Source of the DNA: Vicugna vicugna
Lineage: Eukaryota
Length of the DNA: 64,000 bases
NCBI GenBank assembly: GCA_013265495.1
Contig: MU059330.1
Location: 7,868,990 to 7,932,989 of the forward strand
Direction: 5' to 3'
The notes below the pieces were generated by a model. It searched no databases. It was not told the origin of the DNA and worked only from the letters and a program-made list of their open reading frames with translations. Of the stretch, positions 35,491 through 47,486 are shown piece after piece (the stretch's first letter is position 1; every line of letters starts with the position of its first letter). The translations under genes and the position numbers were made by a program.

Positions 35491-36835
35491 CTGCAGGGAA
35501 TGAACATGTTAACAGGTGCTGGGTGCCATTCCTCTGACCGCATCAGGCAAACGATCTCAGGGGACCTATTTGGGCCCCGTTGGGGCCTATTCTGCCTTTC
35601 ACATCCCTTTCTGCAACTTAGTGTCCACCTGCTGCCGGAGGGGCACTGTGTCACGTGCGTAGAACCGAGTGGTACTGGAGGGTAGGCCCGGGACATGCAA
35701 CGAGCAAAGGGCTAAGCGGTACCAGGGCCACCGGGGTAGAAACAATAGAACTCCTGTTGAGATGTCAGGACAGACCGCAGAAACCATTCAAAACACCATC
35801 CTTAAAATCTGCACACATTAAACAATTTGTGTTTGCAACCCCGGCGTTTTTAGAAACTGTGTTATAGTTAGATTTCTTTGGCCTTCCCTTGGTTAACGAA
35901 CGGGATTGCATTTGGGATAAATCAACATTTATTTTCTACTGCCTTGCAATTATGGAAAATTGATGGGATGGCACATTGAAGAGTAAGAGTTTTTTAGGCA
36001 CATGTGACTGTATGAAGCTCACTATGAAAGAAGAGCAGAGGAGGCTGGAAGGGGTTAACTTCTAAAGGGGCAAATCAGGGCCGCAGAGAGAGGAAAACAT
36101 GAAATAGTGTGAGAAGGTGTGAGGGGCCATGCGGTTTAATACAAATAGCACAGGGCTGAAAGTCAGGTGACTGGGGTGATGGGAAACAAGGGGCTGATTT
36201 ATAGGATCGTTGGAGCTCCCTTCTGTTCCATAATTCACACTCTGCTACTAGTCTGACATTTGCCTGATGAGACAATAATTCTGGGCTTCTGTTTTTTTCA
36301 TGTGAAAGGCCCCTATTTTCATTAAAAACATTCTAGACCCAGTGGGACCACTGGCTCTAACAGCCACGAGGACAGAGCGGAGCAGTGGTCTCGGGCTGAG
36401 CTCCCCAGAGCCACACAACGTTTTTCCGGTGGATCTGGGGCGGCCACAGGGGACCTGGCTGGGTGCTGAGATCTGTTCCCTGTGTCAGTCCAAATAGTGC
36501 CACACTTAGCAGTTTTACAGGTTGGACTTCTACCGACATTTCACTTTGTAGAAATTGTCTTTCATATCAACATTTTGAAAACTTTGCCGCAGAGTATTTT
36601 GGAGAGGTAAGTTACCTACCCAGTGATGGCAGGTCCTCTCTTCCAGAACAGCCTCACTTTCCTGTCTTCTGCTCCGTCCCCCAGCTATGTGTGAGAGATG
36701 CAGGGTCCAGGAAGTGTCTAACAATGGTACCGCTCTCTCACCTGGTTCAAAGGTGTTTACAGCCTCCATCTCTCAGGCTGTATTCAAGTCACAGACTAGT
36801 TACCAACAGTGAGAAAATTAGTACAGCCTTAATTG

Positions 36836-36930
36836 AATGGATTTCACAGCATCTCTGGAGAGAAGGCATAATTAATCCTGATCTTAGAGATGAAAAGCTG
36901 GAAATGCAAAGTATTTAAAGGATGCCCTGC
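36836..36930 (-). mobile_element. MIR fragment
   Basis: ataattaatcctgatcttagagatgaaaagctgga. Confidence 0.6.
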
Positions 36931-37347
36931 ACGACACCGGATGGGACATTAGACAGCCAGGGCTGGAACCCGAGCATGTGACATCCAAGCCGTCTTTCCT
37001 CGTGCCTTTTTCTTGCAGCTAGCTTTTTCATTTCAGTTTGCTGCCTCTGATGGAGAAGGCAGTAGCCACGTATTGCTAATTCTGGTCACCGACACAACTT
37101 GTGCTTGACTACTTTGTAGTGACGATAGGATTTCAGCATTGAAACTCCTGCCCAGAAGCAAGGAAATCAAAGGCAGACAGGGTCTGTGCTTCTTGCTTGG
37201 ACCCTTTGGTTGATCTTGTCCCTGCGGGCACGTGTGCTGACCATGCAGCTCGAATGACCAGGGCCGCGAGCAGCCTTGTGATGGCCATTATACCAGAGAA
37301 CGGGGGCATGGAAGGGGAGGGGCTCTCTCTGGCTTTAAACCAGGGGT

Positions 37348-37712
37348 CTTTTTTCTCTTTGGCTGTTGTAGCAAATTATCATGAATTTAAAACAACAATT
37401 CTGGCACAGTTCTGGAGTTTCCAGAAATCTGCAAGGTGTCTTACGGGGCTAAAATCCAGATGTTGACAGGGAGGCTTCAAGGTGAGAATGTATTCCTTGG
37501 CTCTCCAGCTTCTAAGGTTGCTCGTTCCTTCGCTGTGTCGTTGTTTTCCAGTCTGCTTGCAAACGTGGGTGCGCCTAGGTAATCCAGGTTAGTCGTCCCA
37601 TCTCAAGACCTTTGTCACATCTGAGGTGCTCTTTTGACATATAAGGTAACATGTTCACATGATCTGGGGATGGGTATGAAGACATCTTGGGGGCCACTAT
37701 TTAACTAGCACA
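37348..37712 (-). mobile_element. MaLR solo LTR, MLT1D-like
   Basis: gctgttgtagcaaattatcat...cacagttctggag...ctctccagcttctaagg...taaggtaacatgttcaca...gggccactattt. Confidence 0.85.
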
Positions 37713-39399
37713 CCAGGCAGTTCTCAGACTGGGATGGGGTTCAGAGTGAATGCAGCCCCCAGAAGTGACCAAGGCTGGAAGTGGCCCCGTCTCCTCTGGA
37801 GGGTGAAGGAGGTGGGCAGGTTTTCTGATGTCTTCTGTTCACAGTTGGATGTAGGATGACACTCTGAGCCTCTGATAATCAGTGGAATTCTCAAAGTGTC
37901 TGATTCTGGAAACCTCTCATGCACGGGAGCATGGAGACAAGGATGAAAAAGCCCTAGGCTGATGAAAGTCCTCAGGAATCAATTCTGTCTGGAAAAAGCC
38001 AGAAAGATCTAGAAGTGCTAGGTGCCCTCTGCCGTGTGCCCTGACCCCTGGAGACCACAGGATGTCCCTGACCCTCTACACTTGCAGGCAAGTCCCTTAG
38101 CCTCAGTTTCCTCACCGGTGACAGAGGTGTGATTCAAAAACACCCCACACATGCAAAGGCTTTATTTTAACAATTTCATTTTACTTTTATTGTTCATTCT
38201 TTTAAAAAAGTCTATTTATTGTTTACTTCAAACAATAGTCACAATTCACGTTCAGGATAGAACCTTTGAATAATTCAGAAATCCATAAATTAATCAGAAT
38301 CCAGGCATCTACTATTCAAAGGCAGGGCTCCCCCTTGTCCCAGCCAAATATGCAGATAACCCACAACAGGGACCAGCTATTCTACAAGCATGTAAGAAAT
38401 TTTTTTTTGCAGCAGCAGTTATGCAGCTGTTATTATGGGGAAACATCTTGATTTATTAACCAGTGTAATACACATACAAGTTTTGGTGTTTTTCACACCC
38501 ACTTTTCCTCAGTCTCAGGTTTCCATGGACTGGGGACTTCCGCATTCTTCTCTCGAGGAAGTCGTGAACAGTGAACTGTGCAGATAGTGGAGAAATCACA
38601 TCTTCTTCCTGGGGCTTCTTAGCTGGGTTTCAGAATTTATGAAGAGATAGTAATCTTGAGATTCAAGGCTATTGATTTCAGGAATTGAGCCTTTTGAAAA
38701 AAGAAAAAGGTGTTTGAGATTCATGGACTTGTCTTTGGCTCTCAAAAGCTAAATGCGCCCCTGTGTGTTGATTTATAATGTTTATACTATAAAAAATGGG
38801 TTGGGGGAAATGGAGAAAGAGCCAGACTACCTTGTCACCCTACTGGGTAAAGATTCAGTGCTTCGTGAAGGTGCAGGCTGGAGGACTGAGAGGATGGGGG
38901 CAGAAAGTTAGGTCTGTGGTCCAGGGAGCAAGGTCCAGGTCAGAGGGTCATGAGAAGGACAGAGGGGAGTCAGCCCAGTCCAGTCCGTTCTGCCCTGATC
39001 ACTGGGCTCCAGGTATTTGCTGAACCAGCTGCAGACTCTCTTGCCAGCATCCGAGTGGGTCCCATAAGCAGGCACTGTGAGGAGCCGTGACCCTTGCCCT
39101 TTTACTGATCATCCTTTGAAGTCACCTGAGGGTGCTAAGGGGCCAGGTCAGTGTGAGCCCTGAGATCTGTTTGGCCCCAGCTGCTTTGTCCTGGGCCAAG
39201 CCTCCCTTCTCAATGACCCAGGATGCTCACGAGCATCTCTGTCCCGCAGAGGGAAGGTGTGCAGCCCAGAGGGCAGGGCCTTAGGGAGGGCAGAGCCCCT
39301 TGCATCCTCCTCAGGCAGCAGCAACACGTGGAACCAGCCTCCCAGCAGCCACCTCCCCCGTCACGTGGTCCTTCCCAGCAATTCCAGAGGTACACACTC

Positions 39400-39453
39400 C
39401 CAGGATGTGCCAGGATATACCAGTATGTACCAGTATGTATCAGGATATACCAG
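39400..39453. repeat. 10-bp minisatellite, ~5.4 copies (CCAG[G/T]AT[A/G]TA)
   Basis: ccaggatgtg ccaggatata ccagtatgta ccagtatgta tcaggatata ccag. Confidence 0.92.
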
Positions 39454-40226
39454 AGCCATTTGCTCACTTCCTCCTCCTCAGTGGCTGTCAGGTACAGGCA
39501 CTTGTCCGAGCAGCAGGGGTGGGAGGCTGGGGTGTGGGGACTTGAAATGCAGGTGTGGGGCTTGGGAACCTACAGAGCATCTTCTGCATGTCTCGCTCCT
39601 GCTGTCCTCTTCCCATTGCCCAGGGGCTTGACAATCTCCACCATTCCCAGCATCTCTCAGATCCACACACCTGCCTACCTCACACCTCCTCTCACATCTT
39701 TTTCTATAATCTTGTTCAGTATCCTCAAAAATATTTCCTTTACACTCTCTTTCTTAATTCTCTTGGTGAGCCAGGCAAAAAGCAAAAGCAAAAACAAAAA
39801 CAAAAACCCAATAAGACACGTAAACTCATTAGACTTCTCTGCTGAGAAGGGGTAAGGGGCAGGGCTGATTGTTACCATGTGTCGGGGTGACCCAAGCCTT
39901 TCTCAAGATGACGCTGGAGATGAAATGAACAGGCATCACTGACGGCTGGGGTCTTGGGGTCCCCGAACTGTCCTGCATAATTTCCACCCCCGCCTCACCC
40001 TTCACCCTCCTCGAGTCAGGCTTTCTTTGACCACAGTTCAGGAGACCTAACAACACATTCCTTGTCATCATTGCTGTTTGCTGTAACACGACCAGAGCTG
40101 TATTCTTTACTATTGTTTTTCATTGCAAAGTTTCTATATCTTAAACAATTTCTAATTAGACCCTAAGATAACGGCTTTAAGGGCTGACCCAGAAATCCAG
40201 CCTTGTTTATTGTGTTGCTCAGAGAC

Positions 40227-40872
40227 TGATGCAGGATGTGGGGTGTGAGGAGGCCCGTGTCTCAGCTCTCCGTTGAGTCCCTGGGATGTGCTCCGCCAGG
40301 TGTGGGTCCCTGGCTTCGTGCAGGAAAGAATTCAAGAGCGAGCCACAGCTGAGTAAAAGTAGATTTATTTAGAGAGATACATACTGCCTGGAGTGTAGGC
40401 TGTTTCAGAAGGCAAGAGAAAGGCCACGAGCTGTGGGGGTTGGATGCTCGGGTTAAAGTAAAAGTAGGTACACACTCCACAGACTGCAGGCCATCTCTGC
40501 AGATGAGGGAGTGAGATGCGGACACCAGGTGCCATGTTGCGTTTTTATGGCCTTAGTAGCTTCATATGCTAACAAGTGGGAGGACCATTTTAACCACCTG
40601 GGGAAGGGGCTGGGATTACCAGGAAGTTGGCCATTGCCCACTCTGACCTTTTATGGTTAGTCTTGGAGCTGCCATGGCGCCTGTGGGCGTGTTATTCACC
40701 ATGCTAGTATATTATAATGGGCATATAATGAGGCTCGAGGTCTACTAGAAGTCAAATCTCCTGCCGTCTTGAGTCTCAAAGCTTACTGGGAGTTGAATCG
40801 TCCACCATTTTGATGTTAATTGCTGCGTCATTCCTTGAATGGCTGTGCCCTGCCCTCTTCCTTCCTGTCTCA
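40227..40872 (-). mobile_element. ERV1-type solo LTR (646 bp)
   Basis: TG...CA ends; caggaaagaattcaagagcgagcc and atttattt motifs; near-TSD AGAC (40223-40226) / AGAT (40873-40876). Confidence 0.88.
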
Positions 40873-41566
40873 AGATAATGTGTGTAGAATGTCTAAACAA
40901 TCTATCCGCAGTGGTACTGATTGAAAACTGGGTAGGTGGGTTGTGGGGGCAATTGTAAATCCATACTTTAGGAAGCAATAACCTTTTAAGAAGAATTTTC
41001 AAGAGAAAATTAATCCAGCATTTTATTTAAGGAAATTATACTTGAGTGTGCCTGTCCCCAGATTGGGAGTAGAGATTGACATACACTTTAAAATATTGAC
41101 ATACATTTAAAAATATTTGGACATTTTGCTGCACAGCGGGACTCCGTCCTGCTGGCTGTTTACATATGACAGTGAAAGCCGGAAATCCCTTCTTTCTCTT
41201 TTGTAGTCTCAGCTCTGGTGCAGGTATGTTGTTGGGCACATAATTACTGCAACAGCTGCATCTACCCAGGGTTTGGTTGCTGTTCACTTACTTTTGGACA
41301 ATTGGGTTTAGTACGAGTCGCTGAGAACGGCAAGCAAGGATGTGTAGGAGGGAGCTGATCTTAATTCTTGAGTATTAAAGGTGTCAGAATTAGACACTTT
41401 GAGCCACCTGTGCCCTCTCCACCAGCTCCAGCCTGTTAATGGTGCCTAGCACGGCCTCTAGTCTCATCCATGGGAGTCCATTACCCTTTTCTCCCCTTGG
41501 TGGAGAAGGCCAGAGACATTTCTATCCATCTCTGCCCCTACTCAGAGGAAGTCACCTCTTAGTAAC

Positions 41567-42002
41567 TGTAGTGGGTTGAATGGTGGCCTCTAAAGAGTTT
41601 TATCTGTGTCCTAGTCCTTGGAATCGGGTGAATGCGACCTTATATGGAAAAAAGGTCTTTGCAGATGCAACCCATTGGAACACTTTGTTAAGGATCTTGA
41701 GAGGATTCATCTGAGCATCTCGGTGTGTCCTAAATCCAAAGCAAGCATCCTTCTAAGGGACACGAAGAAGAAGATGTGTGAAGATTCAGGCAGAGGTATC
41801 ACTACAAGCCAAGGAACATCAAGGAATGCCGGCAATCACCAGACACTTGAAGAAGCAGAAATAGATTCTTCCCCAGGGAGAACAGCCCTACCAACATCTT
41901 GATTTTGGACTTCTGGCCTCAAGAACTAGAGGAAATAAATTCCTATTGTTTTAAGTCACTAAGTTTGTGGTAATTTGTTATGGCAGCCTAGAAAATGAAT
42001 AT
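41567..42002 (+). mobile_element. MaLR solo LTR, MLT1C-like
   Basis: tgtagtgggttgaatggtggcc...ccttatatggaaaaaaggtctttgcagatg...gattttggacttctggcctc...tttgttatggcagcc. Confidence 0.92.
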
Positions 42003-42019
42003 GGTAACTCATTCAAAAT

Positions 42020-42239
42020 GGTGATGACACAGAGGATTTTTACGGCAGTGAAACCGCTCTGTGTGATATTATAATGATGGATACATGTCCTTCTACACTT
42101 GTCAAAAATCACAGATTGTGTGCTGTCAAAGTGAACCCAAATGTCAACTATAGACTTGGGGTGATGGTGTGTCAATGGAGATTCATTGATTGTAACAAAT
42201 GTGTCTCTCTGGTGGGGAACGTTGATAATGAGGGGGCTT

Positions 42240-42280
<41 letters not shown>

Positions 42281-42380
42281 TTGTTGAGGGTGTTCAGGGG
42301 GTAAATGGGAACTCTCTATATTTTCTGTTCAATTTTGCTGGGAGTCTAAAACTGCTCTAAAAAATAGAGTCTATTAAAAA
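42020..42380 (+). mobile_element. L1MC-type 3' end containing a (GT)n tract at ~42240-42280
   Basis: gtgaacccaaatgtcaactatagactt, ttcattgattgtaacaaatg, caattttgctgggagtctaaaactgctctaaaaaatag. Confidence 0.88.
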
Positions 42381-42999
42381 CATGGCCAACTTGCCTCCTT
42401 TCCCGTCTCCTCTGAGAAAACGTGACTGTCTTTGCACTGATGGATACAGTCTGACCCTACGCATTGCTTCACTGAGGTAAGAAGGCCTTTGTCCCCTGCA
42501 CTGACCAGTGCTGACTGCAGGGGGGCAGCCCCTTCAGCCGGTGCAGGCGCCATGGGAGTGCCTCTCTGTGGGCTGTCAGTGGGCAGTGCTCTGGTCTGCG
42601 GCAGGGGAGCATCTCTTCCTGAAGGGAGATCTGGGTGCACCTAGGAGAGCCCGCCCCAGCGGTCCCACTCCAGTCTCAGAAATTCCCAGCCCTTGCTTTG
42701 TCTAGGCCTGCATCTGAGCTGTCAGGTGTTGTTGGAGAATTTTGGAGAACTGGGCTGATTCAATTTACTTCTAAATCACAGTCTCAAACTTCCAGTGAGT
42801 TCTCAGCACCGCCCACCAAATCCATTTTTTTTTTCCTGGACTATTTGCTCTCCATTCCAGGGATAACAATTTCATGCCTCATTTTTTCACCTTAAATCTT
42901 CCACCCCTTCTCTTCCTACCTATCCTGTCCCCAAGCAGGTCATCAGCTAGGTGTTAGTGTGCTGTGAAAATAGAAGGAATTGGATGGAAACACCTTAAT

Positions 43000-44200
43000 G
43001 TAACACCATCACATAGAAACCGACCTGCACCAGGAGTCCGTCCCCTTCCTCTCTCCCCAGGCCAGTCCTTTGCTCTTGGGAGCCCACAACCCTACTGTCT
43101 TCTCAAAGACTTAACCCCTTCAGGTTCCTTCCTCCAGCATCACCAGCCTCTCTGCTGGACCATTTTTCATAGCATCCAAACAGTGTTTTCTGCATTCTTT
43201 CTAATCCTCTTAACTCTTCCTTCACCTCCTCCTGCTCCAGAGAGCACCCTGTCCTTCTGCTCCACTCCACAGCAAAAAATCTCAATTCTCAGGTTGATCC
43301 ATGCCTCCTTTCTCCATTTGTTTGCATTCTCAGACCCAGAACCATCTAATCTGGTCTTGGCCCACCTTTGTTCTGAGCTACTCTCTTCAGGGTGACCAAT
43401 GGCCCCCGTCTTCCATTTCATCCAGCTTCTTGCTGTCATTTGCACAGATGATGTCCCTGCTTCTGGACAGATTCTCTCCGCTAGAACATCACCGTCTAGG
43501 TTTTCTTTCCATCCGGACTCTTCTTTCTCTTTTCCATTGTTTATTCCACCTCTTCTCTCTAACTGCTAAATATTTGAGGGCCCTGGGGCTCACTTTTTGT
43601 CCCCCTTCTCTGTCTGCTCCTGAGATAAATGATTTGTTCTCATGACTCCCACATGGAAGTCTCAAGCCTGAAACTCCCGCATCCAGCCACCCACTTGATG
43701 AATCCATCTGTTGGCTCCCAGGCATCTCAGAATCGCCATGTCCGTGTCATCCTGCCATTTTCCTCCCCTCTTTCCACAGTCAGTACATGACCCTCCACCA
43801 AGGCCAGAGCTGTGAGCACAGTTCCCCCCTCCTCCCACTTCCTCATCCCCCACCCCACACCAGCCATCCATAAATCCCACCACTCCTGGCTCCGAGGTGC
43901 AGTTCCAACTGATTTGCTTCTCTCTACCTCCACCATCACTCCATGTTCCAACCTTCTTGACATGCCACCTGGTCCACAGTGGCAGCATTACAATTCTTGA
44001 CCCCGTTTCTATTCTGTTTTCTATCTCAGTCATCAGTGACCCATTTTATTCCCCCTTTACTTTTAAAATAAAGACCCAGGCCTCAACATCGCTTTCAGGG
44101 TGCTCTGTGTGTCCCACCTACCTTGCTGACTTGTTCTACTCTGTCTAATGTTCCCTCAATGCCAGTTGCACTGGGCCTCTCCTGCATTAGTGGCATTGCC
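43000..44200 (+). mobile_element. Long degraded L2
   Basis: Pyrimidine-rich; ggtgaccaatggcc, ccacttgatgaatccatctgttggctcccaggcatctca, cattacaattcttgac. Confidence 0.75.
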
Positions 44201-44217
44201 CAGACGTTTTTCTCCTT

Positions 44218-44436
44218 CCGAGGATTTCTCAGCCTCAGCACTATTGACCTTTGGGGCTGGATAATTCCTTGTTGTGAGGGCTGTCATGCGCATTATAGAA
44301 TGTTTGGCAGTGTCTCTGGCCTCTACAAAGTAGATGTCAGTAGCATCTACTCTCGCTAAGCTGTGACAACTGAAAATGTCTCCAGACATTGTCAAATATC
44401 TCTTGGTGCAAAATCACTCCTGGTTGAGAGCCACTG
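44218..44436 (-). mobile_element. MER20 hAT-Charlie MITE
   Basis: ttctcagcctcagcactattgac...tgacaactgaaaatgtctccagacattgtcaaat...ggttgagagccactg. Confidence 0.92.
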
Positions 44437-45930
44437 CTCTATTTGAAATACTCCCCACCAGTCATCCCCTTACCCAGGGGCAATATTGAAAAGACTTAAC
44501 AACTGGTATAGCACGGGCTTTAACGGATCAGAATATGACCCCTTGTAGGGGAGTGTTGAGAATGCAAATGAGTTTAGGTGTCTACAGTGCTTATCCCAGG
44601 GCCTGCCACAGAGGGGATGCTGTGTAAGCATTCACTCGCCCCACCCCGCCACCCTTACTATAACTGGCTCATTATTAGCCAAGTCCAAACATTTCAGAAC
44701 AGCCCCTCCGTCTCAGTTATTCTTGACGGTTGCACTTTGGTTGTTTCTGTAGAACACTCACAAATTGAAATTAATTTGTAATTGTATCCATCTTTGTTTA
44801 TATCTACCCATTTCTAACTGCCGTTATAAATGCCACCAAGGCAGTGTATCAGGGTAGTCTCACTTCTGTGATGAATACCTTCTGCACCTCAGTGATTTCA
44901 CGTGGTAGAAGATTACCTATTTTCTTTCCTCAAATGGCGATTCCATGTGAAGGTGTGATGCATAAGCATTCCATTCCCCATTTTTTGTCTTCTCCTTCCT
45001 CTGCTGGGACTGTTCTGCTGGATCCTTTGCCTCCAGCTGGCAGACGGGAAGGAGGGAGATGGAGACTTTCATATGGAAGGTTTTCAATGGACCTGGGCTG
45101 GGAACACCCAACACCACTCCTGCCCACATCCCATTGGCTAGTGCTCAGTCATATGGCCACATAGCTGCAAGGCAGGCTGGGAAATGTAGTCTGGTTGTGC
45201 CCAGCGGAGCCAGGATAGGGCATGGTGAGCATCTGGTCAGTCTCCTTCCAGGCAGGCATTGCTTGCATCTGTGGGTCTAGAGTGTTGTCATTGGGTTGAT
45301 AATGAATAAATATTGTTGAATGAATGAATGAATATATTTTAACTACCTGAATCTTTCCTGAGCATCCAAATTAGAAGAGATATCTTTTTTCTTTGAGTGT
45401 CATTTGCACTTATAAACATCATTATGTGCTAAAAAGCTCATGGATGGATAACTTGTAATAGGAGAGTATTAGTCTTGGCTCTGCCAGTGAGAACAAGCTA
45501 AGCCTTGATAAAGCCACTCCCCCTCCAGGGCCTCACTTCTTAGTCCACCCAGGGTGGCTCCTGGAGGGCAGGTTGCTGTGGGGCTTCATTTCAGATGCGA
45601 TCAACAGCACAGCTCTGTTTACAGAAGAGACCTGGGATAAACGTTTCTAGATTGATTATCTGACCACATAGTCCCCTCTGACTGACACATTCCTCCAGGT
45701 CTGGTCTGCTCAGAGGCAGACACATTAAAAAGAAGGACTCCCAGCCAGGAGGATAGGAATCACCTGATGGTTAAAACACACGTTGTCTCTCCCACGCCCT
45801 CTAAGGGCTGGAATCCAGGTGTGCAGTTACCATGTCGGACTTCCTTCAGCCCTTAAGGATTGTTCAACCAGTGGGATAACAGGAAGCTTCTTGACAAGCC
45901 TTTTGTCATAAGATGGAGATGGTTTGTGCA

Positions 45931-46061
45931 GAGGGTTGCCAAATTTAGGGAAAAAAATGCAGGATATGCATTGCATGGGACATACTTAAAGCAAAGAATT
46001 ATTCGTTGTTCATCTGAAATTCTAATTTAACTGGATGCCCTAGATTTCACCTAGTAGCCTT
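45931..46061. mobile_element. MER53 palindromic DNA transposon relic
   Basis: agggttgccaaattt...tgggacatactta...aattattcgttgttcatctgaaattctaatttaactgg. Confidence 0.85.
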
Positions 46062-46464
46062 ATTCATGTGGACTCACAGCCTCAAGCATGGGCTTTGCTG
46101 AGACTGTCTGCCTCCATTTTTGATGAGTCTGAACAGTGGCAGAACTGAATGAGACCTTCCAAGATGTGTGAACTGTCCGAGTGGGTGCTGCCTCTTTCCT
46201 TATCAGGTGTAAGGTTGTTACCTGGTGATGGACTTGAATGTTCACACATTAACTCCATATTGCCACTTTGGCAGCTTCCTGAGCAGGTCACCCTGTCTTC
46301 TGTATGCTCTGATGAGCAGGTCATTTACTTTTCAGCCTTGAGTAGAAGGGACTGTCTTGCCTCCCATTCATCTTGCTTCCCACCTGACCAGAATTACTCA
46401 GCCAAGCCTCTAAATGATTGTATTTGCTTCTCCTTTATTAAAATTGGGGTCGCCCTTAACATCT

Positions 46465-46612
46465 NNNNNNNNNNNNNNNNNNNNNNNNNNNNNNNNNNNN
46501 NNNNNNNNNNNNNNNNNNNNNNNNNNNNNNNNNNNNNNNNNNNNNNNNNNNNNNNNNNNNNNNNNNNNNNNNNNNNNNNNNNNNNNNNNNNNNNNNNNNN
46601 NNNNNNNNNNNN
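46465..46612. other. Assembly gap (148 N)
   Basis: Read directly. Confidence 1.
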
Positions 46613-47096
46613 CTACAGTTTTATATTTTGAAATCCTGACTTTAAAAGGGAAGTCATTTTAGGTCAACTTTAGCCTTGAATAAGCATTGACAAATGAGGT
46701 CATTTCTGGCTTTGATTTTAATTCATTATTGGAAAATATTCCTTCATTCATTCATTTGACATTGGAAGTTTATTTAGTACCAGAAACTATGCAAGTCATC
46801 ATACTGGAAACTCACATTTGCAGATTCATAATTGTCTTCCTTTGACCTTGCTTTTTGTCTTCCTAGCCTTCATGAGTTGAGTTAGTTATCCACATACATA
46901 TGAGTGGATTATCTTTTTATTATTCACTTACATGTTCAACTCTATTAGGACCTAAGAAAATTTGGGTAAAGGATGTCCAAACTCTGTCTTACTCAGAGGA
47001 GAAAAGATATCCTCTTTCTTTTTCTTCTCTTTTTTTTTTTTAAGTGAAGACCAGGTCTACTTAGGAAGATGAAATAAAGCTGTGAAGAAAGGTAAG

Positions 47097-47486
47097 TGTT
47101 ATGGACTGAATTGACCCCCTCCCTTAATTCATATGTTGACACCCTATACCCCTAATGTGACTGTATTTGATGATAAAGCTTTTAGGAGGTAAAGTGAAGT
47201 GAGGTCAGTGGGCAGTGTTTTAATCTGATAGGACTGGTGGTTTTATAAGAACAGGAACACATACCAGAGACCTCTCTTTTCTCCATGTGCTTGAACCAAG
47301 GAGAAGTCATGTGAACACACAAGGAGGAGGTGGTCATCTCCAAGGCAGGGAAAGAGCTCCCCCCAGAATGTGACCATGCTGATACCCTGATCTCAGACTT
47401 CCAGCCTCCAGAGCCATGAGAAATAAATTTCTGTTGTCTAAGCCACCTGGTCTGTGGTGTTTTGTTATGGCAGCCGCACTAATACA
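47097..47486 (+). mobile_element. MaLR solo LTR, MLT1A/B-like
   Basis: tgttatggactgaattg...tcagacttccagcctccagagccatgagaaataaatttctgttg...ctaataca. Confidence 0.93.

Noticed and set aside
46149-46662. 160-aa and 82-aa ORFs
   Set aside because: Artificially extended through the N gap.
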